Shown: positions 62,500 through 64,000 of the stretch, piece by piece
Layout: each line of letters opens with the position of its first letter
How positions within the stretch are numbered: position 1 is the first letter of the stretch
Source of the DNA: Cetorhinus maximus
Lineage: Eukaryota
NCBI RefSeq assembly: GCF_964194155.1
Contig: NC_135894.1
Location: 89,280,001-89,344,000 of the forward strand
Reading direction: 5' to 3'
DNA: 64,000 nucleotides
Notes under the pieces: model-generated
Database searches by the model: none
What the model was told of the DNA's origin: nothing
What the model saw: the letters and a program-made list of their open reading frames with translations, nothing else
Position numbers and translations under genes: made by a program

Positions 62500-63450
62500 C
62501 TGTTGATGGATAGCAGCTACGGTCTTACAGTTAGTCTGAATAAGACTAAAGTAATATATCAACCAGCTCCTGAAATGCCACATCGATCACTATTGGCGAA
62601 ACTGAATTGAATGCAGTCAAGGAGTTCACTTAACTTGGAAGTGTACAATCTGATGATGCAGGGATCAATGAGGAAGTGATGGTTCGCATACAGAGAGCAA
62701 GTATGGCCTGTGGTAGACTGTATGGAATCAGCGCAGTGTCTAGGTTGCCACTACACTGAAGGTTTGTAAGGCTGGTGTTCTTACCAATTTCCTGTGTTGA
62801 TGTGAAACTCTATAGAAGGTGCACTAAACAACTGGAAAGGTATCATCAAGGCACCTTTGCATCTTATTTCGTATTAGGTGGCAGGGCAACATCGTTAAAA
62901 ACAAGTTACTGGGACATTCTGACAGTATTGGCATTGAGATTGCGATAATCAATGCTGAGGTCTGTTGGGTTGTGTATATTGTTAGGTTGGATGATTATCG
63001 GTGTAGGCACTGGGTTGTGAAATTGGTCTCCCACAGCAGTGCCAAATGGGCTTGTTGCAAATCGGCCACCAATCTTTCCCCAGCCCAGTTGTTATTTTCC
63101 ATTGATTTGGAAGAAATTGTCAAGATTTTAAATTTCCAAACAGGTAAATGTGATAGAGTCCAGGAAGCAAGTCTCTAAAAAGAGCTCAAATGATCGTCCT
63201 TTGAACTTCAGTGAGAAGAAGGTTAAGCACGGTGGAGACTTGGCTGATTTGCTTTGAGCCCTGTTTCATGCTGCTTCACTCTCACAATGTGGTCCAGTGC
63301 AGAGGCAAGATGCAAGAGATGAAAAGATTGGCCACGACCAAGATACCAACACAATAAGCCCACGGGAAGGAGGGGTTGTGAGGGGTTGTGCTAGACAATG
63401 TCTGTCATACATTGGCCGGTGCAGCCATGAAAACATCATCTGCCATGGAG
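62500..63450 (+). mobile_element. Old RTE-clade LINE 3' fragment (with a small insertion ~63005-63125)
   Basis: Frameshifted LNAVKEFT.LGS...INEEVMVRIQRASMACGRL...LKVCKAGVLT..L..CET...KQLERYHQ...RIRWQ and a terminal CARQCLSYIGRCSH, resembling the C-terminal motif of RTE ORFs. Confidence 0.7.
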
Positions 63451-64000
63451 TTCTACCCTCTTCTTTGTTGGTGCCATTGTCTTTGAGTGTGAAAAAAAAA
63501 CTATAATTGATGTTTGGGAAGATAGTTAGCCATATTGTAAGATCTTGATGCCTTCCTTAACCAGAGTGCTTTGTAAGGGTTTGTAATACAGCTATCACCT
63601 TTAGGAAATGAAGAGGACAATCAATACCAGCGAAATAGCTGGGAATATTAACACCTATACCTTTTACACAATGATCTAGTTGTGGTTCACTGATATAACA
63701 TCCACCAGGGATGGAAAATGAAGGTCATCCTTGCCCACTAACTGAGACAACAGCTATTTCCAACTATCTTCTGGACAGCTTTCTTTACTGATCCATCAAA
63801 ATCCGGAATAATTTGCCAGCAGCAACTTTCTTTTTCCCTGACTGAACGAGACAATATAAAGGTTCAAGTGTCCTGTTTGTAGATGTCTCCTTTCCACATT
63901 CCCACAGTACGACACCAGCGTCCGTTTATTTATTAATGCACCATCCTGACATACCCTTGACATTTGTTGGGGGCTGTTTGGGGGCTGGCACTAGGCGGCA

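Noticed and set aside
1-64000. CRISPR array, prokaryotic operon, rRNA or endogenous viral gene
   Set aside because: No regularly spaced repeats, no long ORFs other than retroelement fragments, and no rRNA- or virus-like motifs seen.

Overview
This is eukaryotic, repeat-rich vertebrate DNA; the retroposon repertoire (CR1-group LINEs, Deu-domain-type SINEs, Penelope-like elements) suggests a cartilaginous fish (shark), which is an inference. The only host-gene coding sequence I can support is a 43-bp first coding exon on the minus strand (19237-19279, MWIVVTLLLHSILN+G, donor GTGAGT). It matches the signal-peptide exon 1 of DSCAM. Positions 1-19236 are therefore DSCAM intron 1, about 19280-20950 is 5'UTR/promoter, and the rest is upstream intergenic DNA. 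Almost all ORFs in the supplied track are transposon remnants or chance ORFs. Mobile DNA includes two CR1-group LINE families, two Penelope-like (GIY-YIG) families carrying minimal hammerhead-ribozyme motifs, PIF/Harbinger-like elements with a spliced Myb/SANT gene, an RTE LINE fragment, several SINE families and foldback elements. The most notable observations are: (1) a single-ORF CR1-group LINE whose 5' end is a tRNA-like head, paired with a SINE made of the same head plus the LINE tail; (2) a putative tRNA-Lys/CR1 chimeric insertion splitting a SINE; (3) tiny TSD-flanked, inverted, hammerhead-bearing Penelope inserts; (4) an X-box/CCAAT/TATA promoter module upstream of the hammerhead. Repeat boundaries were read by eye and are approximate (+/- 10-30 bp) unless exact motifs are quoted.
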